Part shown: piece after piece, positions 27,400 through 41,198 of the stretch
Numbering within the stretch: the first letter of the stretch is position 1
How the letters are laid out: each line of letters begins with the position of its first letter
Assembly: GCA_964016885.1 (NCBI GenBank)
Contig: OZ024740.1
Span: 282,906,001-282,970,000, forward strand
DNA: 64,000 bases
Source of the DNA: Eledone cirrhosa
Lineage: Eukaryota
Reading direction: 5' to 3'
Program-made: the position numbers and the translations under genes
The notes under the pieces: generated by a model
What the model was told of the DNA's origin: nothing
Databases searched by the model: none
What the model saw: the letters and a program-made list of their open reading frames with translations, nothing else

Positions 27400-29450
27400 T
27401 TCTTTTTAATGGACGAGACGTGATCACCCACCCCATCCCCGCCCCCAGCATTAAGTCTGCCCTCTCGAGACAGCGACTGAAAAGTTGAGAGGAGGGACAT
27501 CACCACAACAAGAAGCACCATTGTGAACATAGAAAAAGTAACAATTACAAACATAACATTCAACAACAAACTGAACAACACCAACAACAACATGACCAAC
27601 GAAAACGACAACTGCACCAAGAACAACACCTACACCAAGTGCAACAGCGAAAATAACAAAACCAACAACAAGAGCCTCTCGAATAAGAGTGAAAGCAGCA
27701 ACTACAACAACACCAACAACAACGACAACACCAACATAAACAACAATTTGACCAGTAACAGCAACACAGACAAGGACAAGAACTCTTACGTTGCTGCAGC
27801 AGCCAAAAAAGCCAGGCTTTAGCATGACCTTTACACAAAAATGAGAGAAAGTTCTCCCAGGCATGGAATCTGTAAGCTCATTAAACCAGAGCAAATCTGG
27901 GACAACTTAACTGTCTCGACAGAGGCTATAGCAGCGGTGGAGAAGAGAAGTGTGGTCTTTAGTTGCATCTTAGTTAAGACTAAAAAGTGACAAATACTCC
28001 CCCGGCAGAAGTCGAACTTGTACTGAGGTGCATCAGAGACGATACAGATACATAGCGAGAGGTTGACATCCGGCACCATCTCAGTGCTGTTTAATTCAGA
28101 AGCCCTCGCAATACTCAGTGACCCCTTGTGAACCAGCAAGGTCATTATGTTACCGTCCCACAAGAGAAAAAGAACTGGTAAAGTCCGCATTCCCAATATT
28201 ACACGGAGGGGGAGATATTTGGAACGCGTTCATGTCGCGTGACAGAAGATTCACTTCTGGTACGAATATCACCTGACTCCTACAAAGGGATTAGTGAGAG
28301 CTTTCCTCGGGATGTGGGAACTCCGAATATAAAACCCACTTCAAGTCTTTTAAAGTGGTTTCCAAAGGAAATCACACCAACCAGGTAGGTCAAACCACCC
28401 GACCTTCACAAGCTCCTGGGAAGTAAGTAAACCTTCCCTAGCTTGCCAGCATGGCCATCCTAAGAGTAGGATGTTTAAATGTCCTTGGCTTGCAGTCGTC
28501 TTGCAAGCTGGGTCACCTGCTGAACGACCTCAGGTCACTAAATATGGATGTGATTGTCGTCAGCAAGACCAGGATTTCCGACACCCGTGCACTAGCCTCC
28601 ATTTTCGATGATTAATAGATGTTCGCAACACTTAGTCGGTTGGGATTGGGAGGTGGAGTGGCAGTGTTGTTTAGAAAAGGCCTGGATCTCCAGGTAAGGT
28701 TGATCTTCCGTGACTCGGACGGTAAGTTGGTGGTCCTGGACGAGAAAACTAGCGAAGGCAGTGCCTTTAGATAGGTGCCCGTCTACGCTCCTACCGGGGC
28801 CGGACGGTCGGACTTCTTTAGGCACCTGGAAGCCTTCTGGGAATGTCTCACCCTTTACTGTTAGCGGGGGACTGGAACAGCATTTTAAACCCACACTTGG
28901 ATTTTATAGAAGTAGCTGATAGGAGCAGAGGTGTGCAAAAGCCTCAAGTACCTTATCAGCCAGTTCCAACTCTTTGATAGGTACCGACTAGATTTCCCTA
29001 ATACGCCAGTTTGGACCTGGACCAGTCGCTTAGATTCATCTACATCGTATATAGATAGATTTTTAATTAGGTCAATAGATAAGAATAGTATATGTTGTCC
29101 ACACTTTCAAACGGTCACCTATTCAGATCACAGGTTTGTGATCTGTATGGTCGACATAGATAAGACATGCCGGTTAGGACCTGGATACTGGAAGCTGAAC
29201 ATATCGTCTCCGGCACGTAAGGCTTACGAGGACAGGGTCAATGATTCTCCGATATCCTCAAAGCGTTCTACAGTAACTGGCAGCAGAAAGGGAGTATTCC
29301 CAGTTCTGTGAGCCAGGTTATAGTGACGCTGATAAAGAAAGACGAGAATAAGAGGATTATGTTTGATAATTTCAGGCCCATAACTCTGCTAATAATTTCT
29401 TTAAGATTTTGGTCAAGGTATTAACGAAGAGGTTGGCACTTGTCGAGGAT
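27400..29450 (+). mobile_element. Decayed Tx1/L1-clade non-LTR retrotransposon (ORF1 remnant, APE endonuclease, start of RT)
   Basis: ORF 28931: WTWTS...YIDRFLI...SDHRFV...GPGYWKLNIS (APE end motifs). Then VTLIKKD...NFRPITLL...KILVKVLTKRL (RT domain 0-1). Many stops and frameshifts. Confidence 0.85.
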
Positions 29451-29460
29451 TTATAAGGGG

Positions 29461-29548
29461 AGTCTGGATCTAGCTGTTGAAACGGCAAGAGCTTAGCCGT
29501 CGGAGTCCCGACTCTTAATATATCCATATTCTACTACCCCAAGTAGCG
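29461..29548 (+). repeat. Family C-related fragment carrying a hammerhead 3' half
   Basis: CTAGCTGTT-GAAAC-GGC..GCC-GTC-GGAGTC; homologous to 43373-43491. Confidence 0.6.
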
Positions 29549-29816
29549 AGTAATCCATCCTGATTTGCACACACACACACTTATATATATATAAGTGATC
29601 TGACGATTTGATCGGGTATGGGCTGTAATGTAATTAAGGTCGAGTGACGTAACTTCTAACGATCAGCGGCTTTTAGACTCACCTGATTAAAGAAACAATT
29701 GTTAATACTCTAAATAAACATTATTGTACAGCCGACCATGTTATTCTTCATTCTTTTACGTTGCCCCACCATTCGTGTTTGTTTACCTGTCTCTCTTTCT
29801 CCACCAAACTCTTTTT

Positions 29817-29919
29817 ATCACAATAACTTAATTTAGTTATTGTATCGCCCTAGCTTAAGGTATATGATCTGTAATGCGAAGAAATACCTATGATGGATAG
29901 TAGACCATTGATGACGGAT
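29817..29919 (+). ncRNA. Permuted pseudoknotted hammerhead-like motif, copy A1 (degenerate: C3U and helix mismatches)
   Basis: TCGC..CTAGCT..AGGTA-TA-TGATCTG..GCGA-A-GAAA-TACCT..GGATAG-TAGACCA-TTGATGA. Confidence 0.6.
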
Positions 29920-30385
29920 ATTCCTGGCTTCTATTTCTAATTCTTCATTCATTATATATATCCTATTTGCAACAACACAGCTGGCCATTTTTCATTCATA
30001 TATGCTTTCCCCTTCGCTGTGATCTGTCTATTTCTCTTCCCTTACTGCTATCCTCTTTCTCTCTTCCCCTTCCCTCTCCTTCTCCCTCTTACTTTCACTC
30101 ACCCCCTCTGCTAGTCACTCTCTCTCGGCTAGCCTCTTCCTCACACTTTCACTCATTCACTCTCTGCTACTCACCCTCTCTCTCACTCCATCGTCCCACA
30201 CCGTACGGGATTCTTTCCACGCTCACATCCGCAAGGCCAAGATGTGTCTTTGCCTTCTCGTCAATATTCGCAAGTTCTTATGTTCGAAATGAATCATTGA
30301 CTTGATTTTCTCATTTTTTCCTCTCTTTACGTTGCCTCACCATTCATGTTTGTTTACCTGTCTCTCTTTCTCCATCCAACTTTTT

Positions 30386-30488
30386 ATCCGAATAACTTAA
30401 TTTAGTTATTGTATTGCCCTAGCCGGATGTATATGGTCTGTAATGCGAAGAAATACCTATGATGGCTAGTAGACCACTGATGATGGAT
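30386..30488 (+). ncRNA. Permuted pseudoknotted hammerhead-like motif, copy A2
   Basis: ATCC-hairpin-TTGC-C-CTAGCC-GG-ATGTA-TA-TGGTCTG-TAAT-GCGA-A-GAAA-TACCT-ATGAT-GGCTAG-TAGACCA-CTGATGA-T-GGAT. Confidence 0.7.
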
Positions 30489-30524
30489 GGTCCTGGCTTC
30501 TATTTCTAATTCTTCATTTATTAT

Positions 30525-30616
30525 ATATATATATATATATATCCATGGATCTCGGGAATTTTACCCGCCCTAGATAGATATGTGTATATATATATATGTA
30601 TGTATATATATGTGTG

Positions 30617-30671
<55 letters not shown>

Positions 30672-30771
30672 ATGTGTATATATATATATATATGTGTATA
30701 TATATATATGTATATATATGTGTATGCATGTGTATATATATGTATATATATATATATGTGTATGTATGTGC

Positions 30772-30803
<32 letters not shown>

Positions 30804-30872
30804 GTGTATGTATGTATATATATATATGTATATATATATGTGTGTGTATTATTTATGTATGTATATATATAT
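30525..30872. repeat. (TA)n/(TG)n microsatellite
   Basis: Direct reading. Confidence 0.9.
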
Positions 30873-30900
30873 TTAGTCGCCAACGACCCCACCATGAGAA

Positions 30901-31655
30901 AGTTGTCATGGAAAGACCTAAACAAAGCAAGGAACTTATCAAGGCAACCAAGTTTCTGGAGAACCTTCAACAATGCATTTCTGTTTGACAGTATCGAAAG
31001 CTTTTGTCAGACCGACAAAAATCTGATACAGATCCAAACCTTATTCCATGCATTTCTCCTGGAGAAGATCATATCAGTAGTGCCGCATCCAGCACGAAAA
31101 GCAGATTCATTTTTAGGATGTCCAAAGTCACCCTCCTCACCAAGGTTTCTTGGTGAGGAAGGTGACTTTGGACATCCTGCAGGATTAAAAACAAAACCTG
31201 TCAAAGGGCAAAGGAGCTCTTAAGAGTCAATGGCCATCCAAAATCACCGGGAGAGATGACTCCTTAGCATTTGTCAAGGCAGAATTCTAGGAAAAGGAAA
31301 ACTCTGATATAACACCTACAACCCTGATGGTATCCAATGATGTTGACTTGTTCTTCTTTTTGGTAAATATCATCTTGGTTAAGAGAGGGGGACTGGCTTT
31401 CTGCAGCGCCTTTGCTCACTATAAAAGCTTCACGGCACAGGCATTGCTTTATATCTGGAGTCCTCTCTGCACTTGTCGTCACATGGTACCATGGGCCCAG
31501 CACTATGTGTCAATAATTGTCACAAGTGTAGTGTTTGTACCAGAGTTTTCAAGTCGCTGGCTGGACTAAAATGTCACACTCTTTCAGTGCATCGGTAGGA
31601 ATTCTCCTACATGGATATAAAGTAGTGGCCGTACTCGAAAACGAGTTGGCAGCCA

Positions 31656-31710
<55 letters not shown>

Positions 31711-32260
31711 TGTATGTATGTATATATTGTTTGGCAAGATAGGGGTATATCATTGCTTTCCGTCGTAGGAAAGATTTTAGTTAGAGTGCTTCTGGACCGT
31801 CTGCTGACACACATTGTGGATTGTGTTCTTCCTGAAAGTGAATCTGCTTTTCGTGCTGGATGCGGCACTACTGATATGATCTTCTCCAGGAGAAATGTAT
31901 GGAATAAGGTTTGGATCTGTATCAGATTTTTGTCGGTCTGACAAAAGCTTCCGATACTGTCAAACAGAAATGCATTGTTGAAGGTTCTCCAGAAACTTGG
32001 TTGCCTTGATAAGTTCCTTGCTTTGTTTAGGTCTTTCCATGACAACATGAAGGCTTGGGATAATGTCAGAGGTAACATGTCGGAGCCTATCTCAATAAAA
32101 ATTGGAGTGAAACAGGGGTATATACCAGCACCGATCATATACTGTTTTCCATATACTTTGCAATGGTTTTCTATATTGCATTCAGGAATTGCGAGCATGG
32201 TGTTTACATCCAATATCATATGACAGCATATTTAACATCAAGCGCTTTGCTGCAAAAACG
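30901..32260. mobile_element. Rearranged RTE (BovB-like) LINE fragments with an inverted duplication
   Basis: + strand RT fragment RGISLLSVVGKILVRVLLDRL...[19 protein letters not shown]...GVKQGYIPAP (31740-32160). Bases 30901-31109 are the reverse complement of 31839-32046. An upstream part of the element lies on the - strand at ~31180-31655. Confidence 0.85.
31115..31178. repeat. 64-bp near-perfect hairpin at the RTE inversion junction
   Basis: AGGATGTCCAAAGTCACCCTCCTCACCAAG-GTTT-CTTGGTGAGGAAGGTGACTTTGGACATCCT. Confidence 0.9.
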
Positions 32261-32795
32261 TGTTTCGTAAATCCTTTAAATTTGTTTTCATAAAATTTGA
32301 ATTTTAGAAATTAAACATAATTATAATACCTATTAACTTTTAAAACCTAAAATATTATTCATTACTCTGAAATAACTTAAATTAAATATTTTGAAATTTA
32401 ACTGCCAACTATATTAATTTAGATATGTGTTGCATATATGGAAATCTGTATATAAACTTGAATATAAATTACTCCCCTTTGTCTCTCTCTCTCTCTTTAA
32501 TCATCTTTCATCTGTTTTTTCAAGCTACCTACTAAATATATTATCACATCAGCTGTTTCTTCCTCTATGCTTTCCTTTCCCTCCTCTTTCTCCAGTAGTT
32601 TAAACAAATTTTTATAACTGTTATATTGATGCCATGTATTTTAAAACTGTATTACACGCACCCTCTCTATTGTTTGTATTATGTTATCTCATGTTCTCAA
32701 TATTAGGGTATAAATATTGAGTTTTGTCATAAGTTAATCACTACCATGACTGAATCTTAACCATCTACTATGTCAGAGTATGTCATGCATCATCT

Positions 32796-32862
32796 TATTT
32801 TATCTGATGAGGACGTACTGTTGAACTTAACTCAGTACCTCTGAACTATGTATAATAAAATA
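32796..32862 (+). ncRNA. Type I hammerhead motif, same family as 24287, probably inactivated (GAAA>GAAC)
   Basis: Stem I TATTTTAT/ATAAAATA perfect; CTGATGA at 32804; stem II GGA.GTACTG/CAGTAC.TCT; GAAC; TA before stem I. Confidence 0.6.
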
Positions 32863-33115
32863 TATATTTTGTTAATATTTTGAATTAATATTATATATAT
32901 ATATATATTATTGAGTAAAATGACAGGAGGCTGGACTGGTGAAATTCCTTAAAGATCGATTACAAAAACTATACACATTTCAATGACCGGGTTGTGTAGT
33001 ATCCCGGTGATATCAGGCGTTACGAAATTTATCTAATAAAGGAATAATATAATAATGGTAGACACAATCAGAGGGGCTGAAAAGTAGAGACAAATGCCCG
33101 AAAGCGACCAGAACC

Positions 33116-33182
<67 letters not shown>

Positions 33183-33209
33183 TACAAATATATATATATA
33201 TACATATAT

Positions 33210-33298
<89 letters not shown>

Positions 33299-33306
33299 TA
33301 TATATA

Positions 33307-34211
<905 letters not shown>

Positions 34212-34419
34212 ACACACATATATATGACAGTGTATGTATCGATGGGCCTGTTGATATGCCTACATTGATATTTATATAGTAACGTCTATTTAATTCGAAC
34301 ATTTCCCTTCTTTTGTGTTCCTATAGTCTAGTTGATAATGTCATCTCTGTAATAAGTATTTCTGCATAAATTAATCATAGATACGTTTATTGAAATCCTT
34401 TGTGATATTCACATGGATA

Positions 34420-34824
34420 CAGCTGCTACTGTTGTGTTTGCTACTACAGCTGTTGTTGTTTCTATTACTGTTGTGTTATCGCTATTCATGTTGTTGCTAA
34501 TGTTGTTGTTGTTGCTGCTGTTGCTGTTGTTGCTGCTGTTGCTCTTGCTGTTGTTGTTGTTGTTGTTGCAAAAGTTATTGCTCTTGTGCTATTATTCCTG
34601 TCGTTGATGTTGTTGCTATTGCTGTTATGCTATTTCTATTCCGCTTGTTTTTATTGCTTTTGTTGTTGTTATTGTTGTTGTTGTTGTTGTTGTTGTTGCT
34701 GCTGTTGCTCTTGCTGTTATTGTTTTTGTTGCTGTTGTTGCAAAGGTTATTGCTCTTGTGCTATTATTCCTGTCGTTGATGTTGTTGCTATTGCTGTTAT
34801 GCTATTTCTATTCCGCTTGTTTTT

Positions 34825-34856
<32 letters not shown>

Positions 34857-35035
34857 CTTTGCTAGTACTGCTACTACCTACAATAAAGGTTTGACATGCA
34901 GATTACTTGACTTAGTTGTTGGTGATATTGCTGTTGTTGTTGTTGCTATTTTTTGTAATATCTGTGTGTGTATAGTTGATGGTGTTGCTGTTAATGTTGT
35001 CGTATTGTTAATGTTATTGATGTTGTTGTTGATGT
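34420..35035. repeat. (GTT/GCT)n low-complexity region with an internal duplication
   Basis: GCAAA.GTTATTGCTCTTGTGCTATTATTCCTGTCG...CCGCTTGTTTTTATTG occurs twice, ~172 bp apart. Confidence 0.8.
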
Positions 35036-35289
35036 TATCAGAGTTGTTACTGGAGCTATACTTAGCTTGTCAAAAACAACTTCCAGCACAACACCTCAGA
35101 GAATTGCCTTTACATTCTTCAGGTTGCAAGGAAAGACTAATCGATTGATGCACATCTCCTTCTTACATGCCACCTCTTCACATCATTTCTCTGATAGATT
35201 TATCAACGTCTTTGATGTGAGAACTAGGGGAATACTGAAAAGAGGGCACTATCATGGATAAGATGATGATGGGGGGGGGGGAATAGTTT

Positions 35290-36210
35290 GAGGTGGTGGT
35301 GATTCAGGTGGTGGTGGTGCTGGTGGTGCTGGTGCTGGTAATAGTGGTGATATTGGTGGCGGTGTCGATGGTTGTGGCGATGATGTTAGTAACGGTGTTG
35401 ATGGTGGTTGTTGAGGTGGAGGATGAGGTGGAGGTGGAGGTGGAGGTGTTGGTGATGGAGGTGGTGGTGGTGGTGCTGGTAATAGTGGTGATGTTGGTGG
35501 TGGTGTCGATGGTTGTGGCGATGATGTTAGTAACGGTGTTGATGGTGGTTGTTGAGGTGGAGGATGAGGTGGAGGTGGAGGTGGTGGTGGTGGTGATGGA
35601 GGTGGTAATGCAGGTGGTGTTGATGGTGGTGCTGGTGCTGGTAATTGTGGTGATATTGGTGGTGGTCGTAGAAGAGGAGGTGGTGGTGGAGGTGGTGGTG
35701 ATGTAGGTGGTGGTGCTGGTGCTGGTAATAGTGGTGATGTTGGTGATGGTGTCGATGGTTGTGGCGATGATGTTAGTAACGGTGTTGATGGTGGTTGTTG
35801 GGGTGGAGGATGAGGTGGAGGTGGAGGTGGAGGTGGAGGTGGTGGTGATGGAGGTGGTAATGCAGGTGGTGTTGGTGATGTTGGTGGTAGTGCTGGTGCT
35901 GGTAATTGTGGTGATATTGGTGGTGGGGAGGATGAGGTGGAGGTGGTGGTGGTGGTGGTGGTGCTGGTAATAGTGGTGATATTGGTGGTGGTGTTGATGG
36001 TTGTGGTGGTAATAGTGGTGATATTGGTGGTGGTGTTGATGGTTGTGGTGCTGCTGGTGGAGGAGAAGGGGATGGGGATGGTGCAGAGGGGGGGGGGGGG
36101 GGAGTGGTGGTGCTGGTGTTGGTAATATAGTGGTGATATTGTTGGTGGTTTTGATGGTTGTGGTGATGATGTTAGTGTCGGTGTTGATGGTGATTGTGAT
36201 CATAGTGATG
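35290..36210. repeat. GGT-rich trinucleotide-derived minisatellite (three copies of a ~110-140 bp block)
   Basis: GTGTCGATGGTTGTGGCGATGATGTTAGTAACGGTGTTGATGG occurs three times. Confidence 0.8.
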
Positions 36211-36232
36211 GGTTATAATTGTTTCTACTTTT

Positions 36233-36407
36233 GGCACAAGGTCAGCAATTACCCCAGTACATTACTGGTATTTTATTTTATCGACCCCGTAAGGAGGAAA
36301 GGCAAAGTTAACCTCGGCGGGATTTGAACTCAGATTATAAAGGGAGGTAATTCTATGCAGGAAAGCATGGCGTCCGTCCCTCTGCCGATACTGCCAATCC
36401 ACCACCC
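36233..36407 (-). mobile_element. Abundant tRNA-derived SINE (type 3)
   Basis: ACTGGTA.TTTATTTTATCGACCCC..AAGGATGAAAGGCAAAG..AACCTCGGCGGGATTTGAACTCAGA; at least 8 copies in the window. Confidence 0.85.
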
Positions 36408-37136
36408 TCGTGATGGGTAATAATGATGATAATACTGATAACGATATTGATACTGATTACGATGATAGTGACGACGAATATGATGGTGATGATGATGATG
36501 AAAATGAGAAGGTGGAAGAGAACAATAGTGTTGATGATGACAATGATAATGAAAATGCTTATGATGATGACGATAACATATAAAGGACAGGACGATGGAA
36601 AATAAAAAAAAACTGAAGTGATGAAAATAGCAATCTGCTTTAATAAGAACAACAGGAATAAAGAGAGGACGATAAAAAATAAGAATATGGCAAAGATGTT
36701 TAATTGAAGAGAGCTGATGAGAGATGAGGATGATGATGAAGGTGAAAAGAAGTAAAGAACGAAAAGACCGAATCGATTAGAAAATAAGATAGTAGCCGCA
36801 GTGAAAATAACAAAAAAAAAAAAATAACAATAATAACAAAAATAGAAAATGAAGATGGAGAAAAAGAAACAGAAAAAAATAATAACAAACAAGAGAACTG
36901 AAGTAGATTTTACTGCTGCAACTACTGATGATGAGTTTTGTAATAAGGATGGTGGTAGTAGTGGTGGTGGTGGTGGTGGTTGGGGGTGGTTGGGGGTGAT
37001 CGTTGTGATGATATTGATGGTAATGATGATGACTATGATGATATTGATGGGCACATTGAATAACAACAGCAACAACCAACAATAATAACACCACTACTAC
37101 TACTACTACTACCACTACTACTACTACTACTACTAC

Positions 37137-37523
37137 CAGCAACTTGGGGAGAGGGGAAAATCGATTAAATCGACCCCAGTGCATTACTGGTGCTTTATCT
37201 TATCGACGCATTAAGGATGAAAGGCAAAGCCAACCTTGGTGAGATTTGAACTCAGAACGTAAACGGTCATAACTCTATGCTGCAAAGCATGGTGTCTGAC
37301 GCGCTACATATAATGGTTTCTTATATAGGCACAAGGCCAGTAATTTGGGGGGAGGGGAAAGTCGATTAAATCGACCCCAGTGCGTGACTGGTACTTTATT
37401 TTATCGACCCCATGAAGATGAAAGGCAAAGTTAACCTCGGCGGGATTTGAACTCAGACCGTAAAGGGACGTAACTATGCTGGAAAGCATGGCGCCCGACT
37501 CTCTACCGATACTGCCAATCCAC
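37137..37523 (-). mobile_element. Two adjacent type 3 SINE copies (37137-37303 and 37328-37523)
   Basis: Same consensus as 36233. Confidence 0.85.
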
Positions 37524-38119
37524 AATAATAATAATGATAATGTTTTCTGATTTTAATACAACGGCAAGGGTAGTTTAGTTATGTTGTTGATGAGAGAACT
37601 GGTTATAGCAAGATAGAATCTTTTAGCATTTATTATTTCAGTATTTTTCTGTTTACATAAAAAAAAATAAGCGAAAGCATTTTCCTTTTATGTTTTTTTA
37701 AAAATTCTACTAGACACTGTCGAGTTATTGTATTATATAAACGCCAATTTATACTGATGATATCTTCACATTGATCAGCCATTTTCTACTGGCTATATCA
37801 AAGAATTTACATAACGCTGTGAATGTGTCTGCCCCAATAATAATTATGATGGATCCTCCATCGGTTTCGACGATAAGCATACATCTGATCGATGCAGCTC
37901 AACACCCAGCTCACTAATTAACTGGTAAGTGGTTAAGTATTCCACAGATACGTTTAACAAATTATGTGACATGGCAGTCCAGTTGACTGTTATATAATTT
38001 CTCCATGATGGACTTTTCAGCCGGGAAAGACATAATATAATGTATACATATACATACATACACACACAAACGCACACACACACATACACACACACGCACG
38101 CACGCGCTCACGTATATGT

Positions 38120-38329
38120 GCAGTGGAGGATTGGCTCTAAAAATATTGGTTGCCAGGAGAAAGGGGGCCCACCTACATATAGAATGCTATCATTTAATTT
38201 TTATACTGAATAAATTACATTTTCGAAAAATACATAAGTGCAAACAAAACATTGCAATCAAATATTTGCGGGAAAATATCTTACCTTCTCCAATAACAAA
38301 TATTATCTATTTTGCCGAATCCAGAGACT
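38120..38329 (+). mobile_element. Left arm of a hAT-like non-autonomous DNA element (duplicated at 39048-39257)
   Basis: CAGTGG start; ~210-bp direct repeat with 39048; complementary right end ...GGCCAGTCAGCCACTG at 43277. Confidence 0.6.
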
Positions 38330-38341
38330 TTCAATGATGAC

Positions 38342-38798
38342 CAGAAGTCGACCCTAAATATTACTAATAGCTCTAGGAAAGCCATGGACGACACTACATC
38401 TTTTTAAATTTGATTTTTAAAGTAGGGTTATAACTATCAATTTTCAATATACTTTTGTAGCTGTCTCGGTGAGCTAGATGGAGGAATCATAGACAGTGGT
38501 GATCCTGGTCGGAAGTTCGATCCTGGTCGGGAGTAGGGTTCCCAGTAAACCTTCTCAGTTTTTTTCTATGGGTTGTAAAATAAAAACTGAAAAAGGTTAC
38601 AGTAACCTCTTGACCAAGATTTAAACCAAGGACAGAATCCCCACCGTCTCTAGAACCTACCGCTTGGCCACAGAGACGACTACGAAAGTCTTATGAAAAT
38701 TCATAATTATAAACCTATTTTCAAAATTCTCGAAACAAATGATGTGGTATCGGTAATGTTTTTCTTAATGTTATTGCTCCTACTTTAGGTCGACTTCT
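38342..38798. mobile_element. Diverged fold-back/MITE-like element
   Basis: Terminal inverted AGAAGTCGACC(C)TAAA / TTTAGGTCGACTTCT; internal inverted GTAGCTGTCTC / GAGACGACTAC and AACCTTCTCAGTT / AACTGAAAAAGGTT. Confidence 0.55.
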
Positions 38799-39047
38799 AA
38801 ATCATTTGGGTGTTCCATAAACTACATCCTCGTTTTGTTTCTCATCTATCTAGTCTACATTTTAACCTGTAATCCATGTTTCATTTCTGATCCACCTCAT
38901 TTCTCACCCCCCCCCCCTCTCTTTCTCTCTGTGATATCTGAATCTGCTATGATTTGGGCTTACCTTATTCCTATATATATATATTTTTGCATGTCAGATT
39001 CAAACTTACAATGATTGGCATTATATATATATATATATATATATATA

Positions 39048-39257
39048 CAGTGGCAGACTAGGTCTAAAAATATTGGTTGCCAGGAGAAAGGGAGCCCACC
39101 TACATATAGAACGCGATCATTTAATTTTTATAATGAACAAATAACATTTTCAAAATATACATAAGTGGAAATAAAACAGTGCAATCAAATTTTTGCGGGG
39201 AAAATATCTTACCATCTCCAATAAAAAGTATTATGTATTTTGCGAAATCCAGAGACT
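39048..39257 (+). mobile_element. Second left arm of the hAT-like element
   Basis: Direct repeat of 38120-38329. Confidence 0.6.
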
Positions 39258-39996
39258 GTCACACTCACTCAATATATATATATATATAGAGAGAGAGAGA
39301 GTACAAAGAAAATGAAAAATCAGTGATGCATCTGGACTTAATTTATTGCGTGTTACAATTGTTTCTCCGGCAGATAGCTCGAGACATGGTCCTTGTATGG
39401 ATCTGGCTGATTCTACTTCTGCAGGTTCTTTCAGACACGAGTATTTCGTTTGGAGCGAATTTTATCACTGGGTTGTTATCATAAAAAAAACACCCTAAAA
39501 AAACCCTACTTCCACTCTTGTCATGCCATGGGCTGTTTTTACTCCACGTCATCACAAGTTCTGGTCAGTATCTACTGCCACACGGGTCATCAGCCATTTT
39601 CCGTCCGACACATTTCGATGGAGTCATGCTGGATTCAGCAAGTCACACGTCTATTCACACTTCAGAGTAAGCACCCACACATACTAATATACAAACACAT
39701 ACACACGCACATGCAGACACCGACAGATTTATGCATACACACACGTACGCCTACATGCGCAGACACACCCACACCACATACATACATATATGTATATACA
39801 CACACACACTTTCTCCCTCACCTCCACGGACCCAGTCATACCCGCTTGTAGATACATATCGCCACAAGCCTTATGACGCCTGCTTAATTCGCTCCATGTA
39901 TCCGGGGGCATAAGCATGGCCTACTCAAACATACACATATATACATACATACGCGCGCACACATACATACGCCCAACCTTATATATATTTATATAT

Positions 39997-40194
39997 CTAT
40001 ACATACACACTCATACACACACATATATGCATACACACATACATACACATACATACATACATATACACACACACATGTATGTACATATATATATATACAT
40101 ACACATACATACATACATACACATATATATATATATACTCACACATACATACAAAATACGCATACGTACACAAACATTACATACACATGTACAT

Positions 40195-40237
<43 letters not shown>

Positions 40238-40323
40238 AAAAAACCACAACCTAACATGCATACGCACAGCCACATATATACACATACATATACCTACACA
40301 TATGCCGACATATATACATCTAC

Positions 40324-40354
<31 letters not shown>

Positions 40355-40577
40355 AATATATGTGTGTGTGTGTGTATGTATGTGTGTATGTAATGTTCGT
40401 GTACGTATGCGTATTTTGTATGTATGTGTGGGCATGTATGAGTATATATATATATATATAGATATGTGTATGTATGTGTATATATATATATATATGTACA
40501 TACAGGTGTGTGTATATGTATGTATGTGTATGTATGTGTGTATGCATATATGTGTGTGTATGAGTGTGTATATATAG
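39997..40577. repeat. Inverted duplication of a compound CA/TA microsatellite
   Basis: Unique core ACAAAATACGCATACGTACAC.AACATTAC (~40151) vs GTAATGTTCGTGTACGTATGCGTATTTTGT (~40390). Confidence 0.75.
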
Positions 40578-40635
40578 CCTAATTTGCATATCGAGTGAGT
40601 TAGTCGGCCGGGCGCACCGAAAACGATAAATGGAA

Positions 40636-41198
40636 AAAATGAAACGAAAATCCATTTCTCACACTTAGTACGGCTGTTACTTAAATATAAGTATGTATAC
40701 GTACATACATATATGTATACAGACGTAGAGTAGTATGTATATATATACATACATGCACATATATATATATATATGTACGTATGGGTTTACCGAACATTTA
40801 TTATAATGCAAATTAGGCTGCTCAGCCGTTAACATTCATAAGGAAAGTGTATACTTTCAGACGTTCAATCATCTGGCACGAAGGTATACGGTGCTGACGA
40901 TAGCTAATAAGCTTGAAACTAGTACATCGTTCCTTTGTCAGTGTTGAACAAAAGGGCAACGATGGTTGCTAAACACTGTACGGCTTAATTCGGGATGTTT
41001 GTTTACAAACAAACCGAACATTATAATAAATGTTCGGTAAACACATACATACACATATATATATATGTGTGTGCATGTATGTATATATATATAGATACTA
41101 CTGTACGTCTGTATAGATATATGTATGTACGTATACATACTTATATTTAAGTAAAAGCCGTACTAAGAGTGAGAAATGAAATTTCGTTTCATTTTTTT

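Larger units (their letters stand above)
29755..30525 (+). mobile_element. Non-coding tandem element A (569-bp unit, ~200-bp terminal redundancy), retrozyme/pLTR-like
   Basis: Direct repeats ~29755-29960 and ~30326-30525; CT-rich interior homologous to element B; ends in (TA)n. Confidence 0.8.

Noticed and set aside
27523-27822. Asn/Thr-rich 99-aa ORF
   Set aside because: (AAC)n-derived low complexity at the 5' end of the Tx1-like element; not an independent gene
32968-33020. Minus-strand CTGATAT..ACCGGG/CCCGGT..GAAA motif
   Set aside because: Core mutated and stem I unpaired
35304-36203. 299-aa Thr-rich mucin-like ORF
   Set aside because: Trinucleotide-derived repeat open on both strands, with no signal peptide, splice or domain evidence
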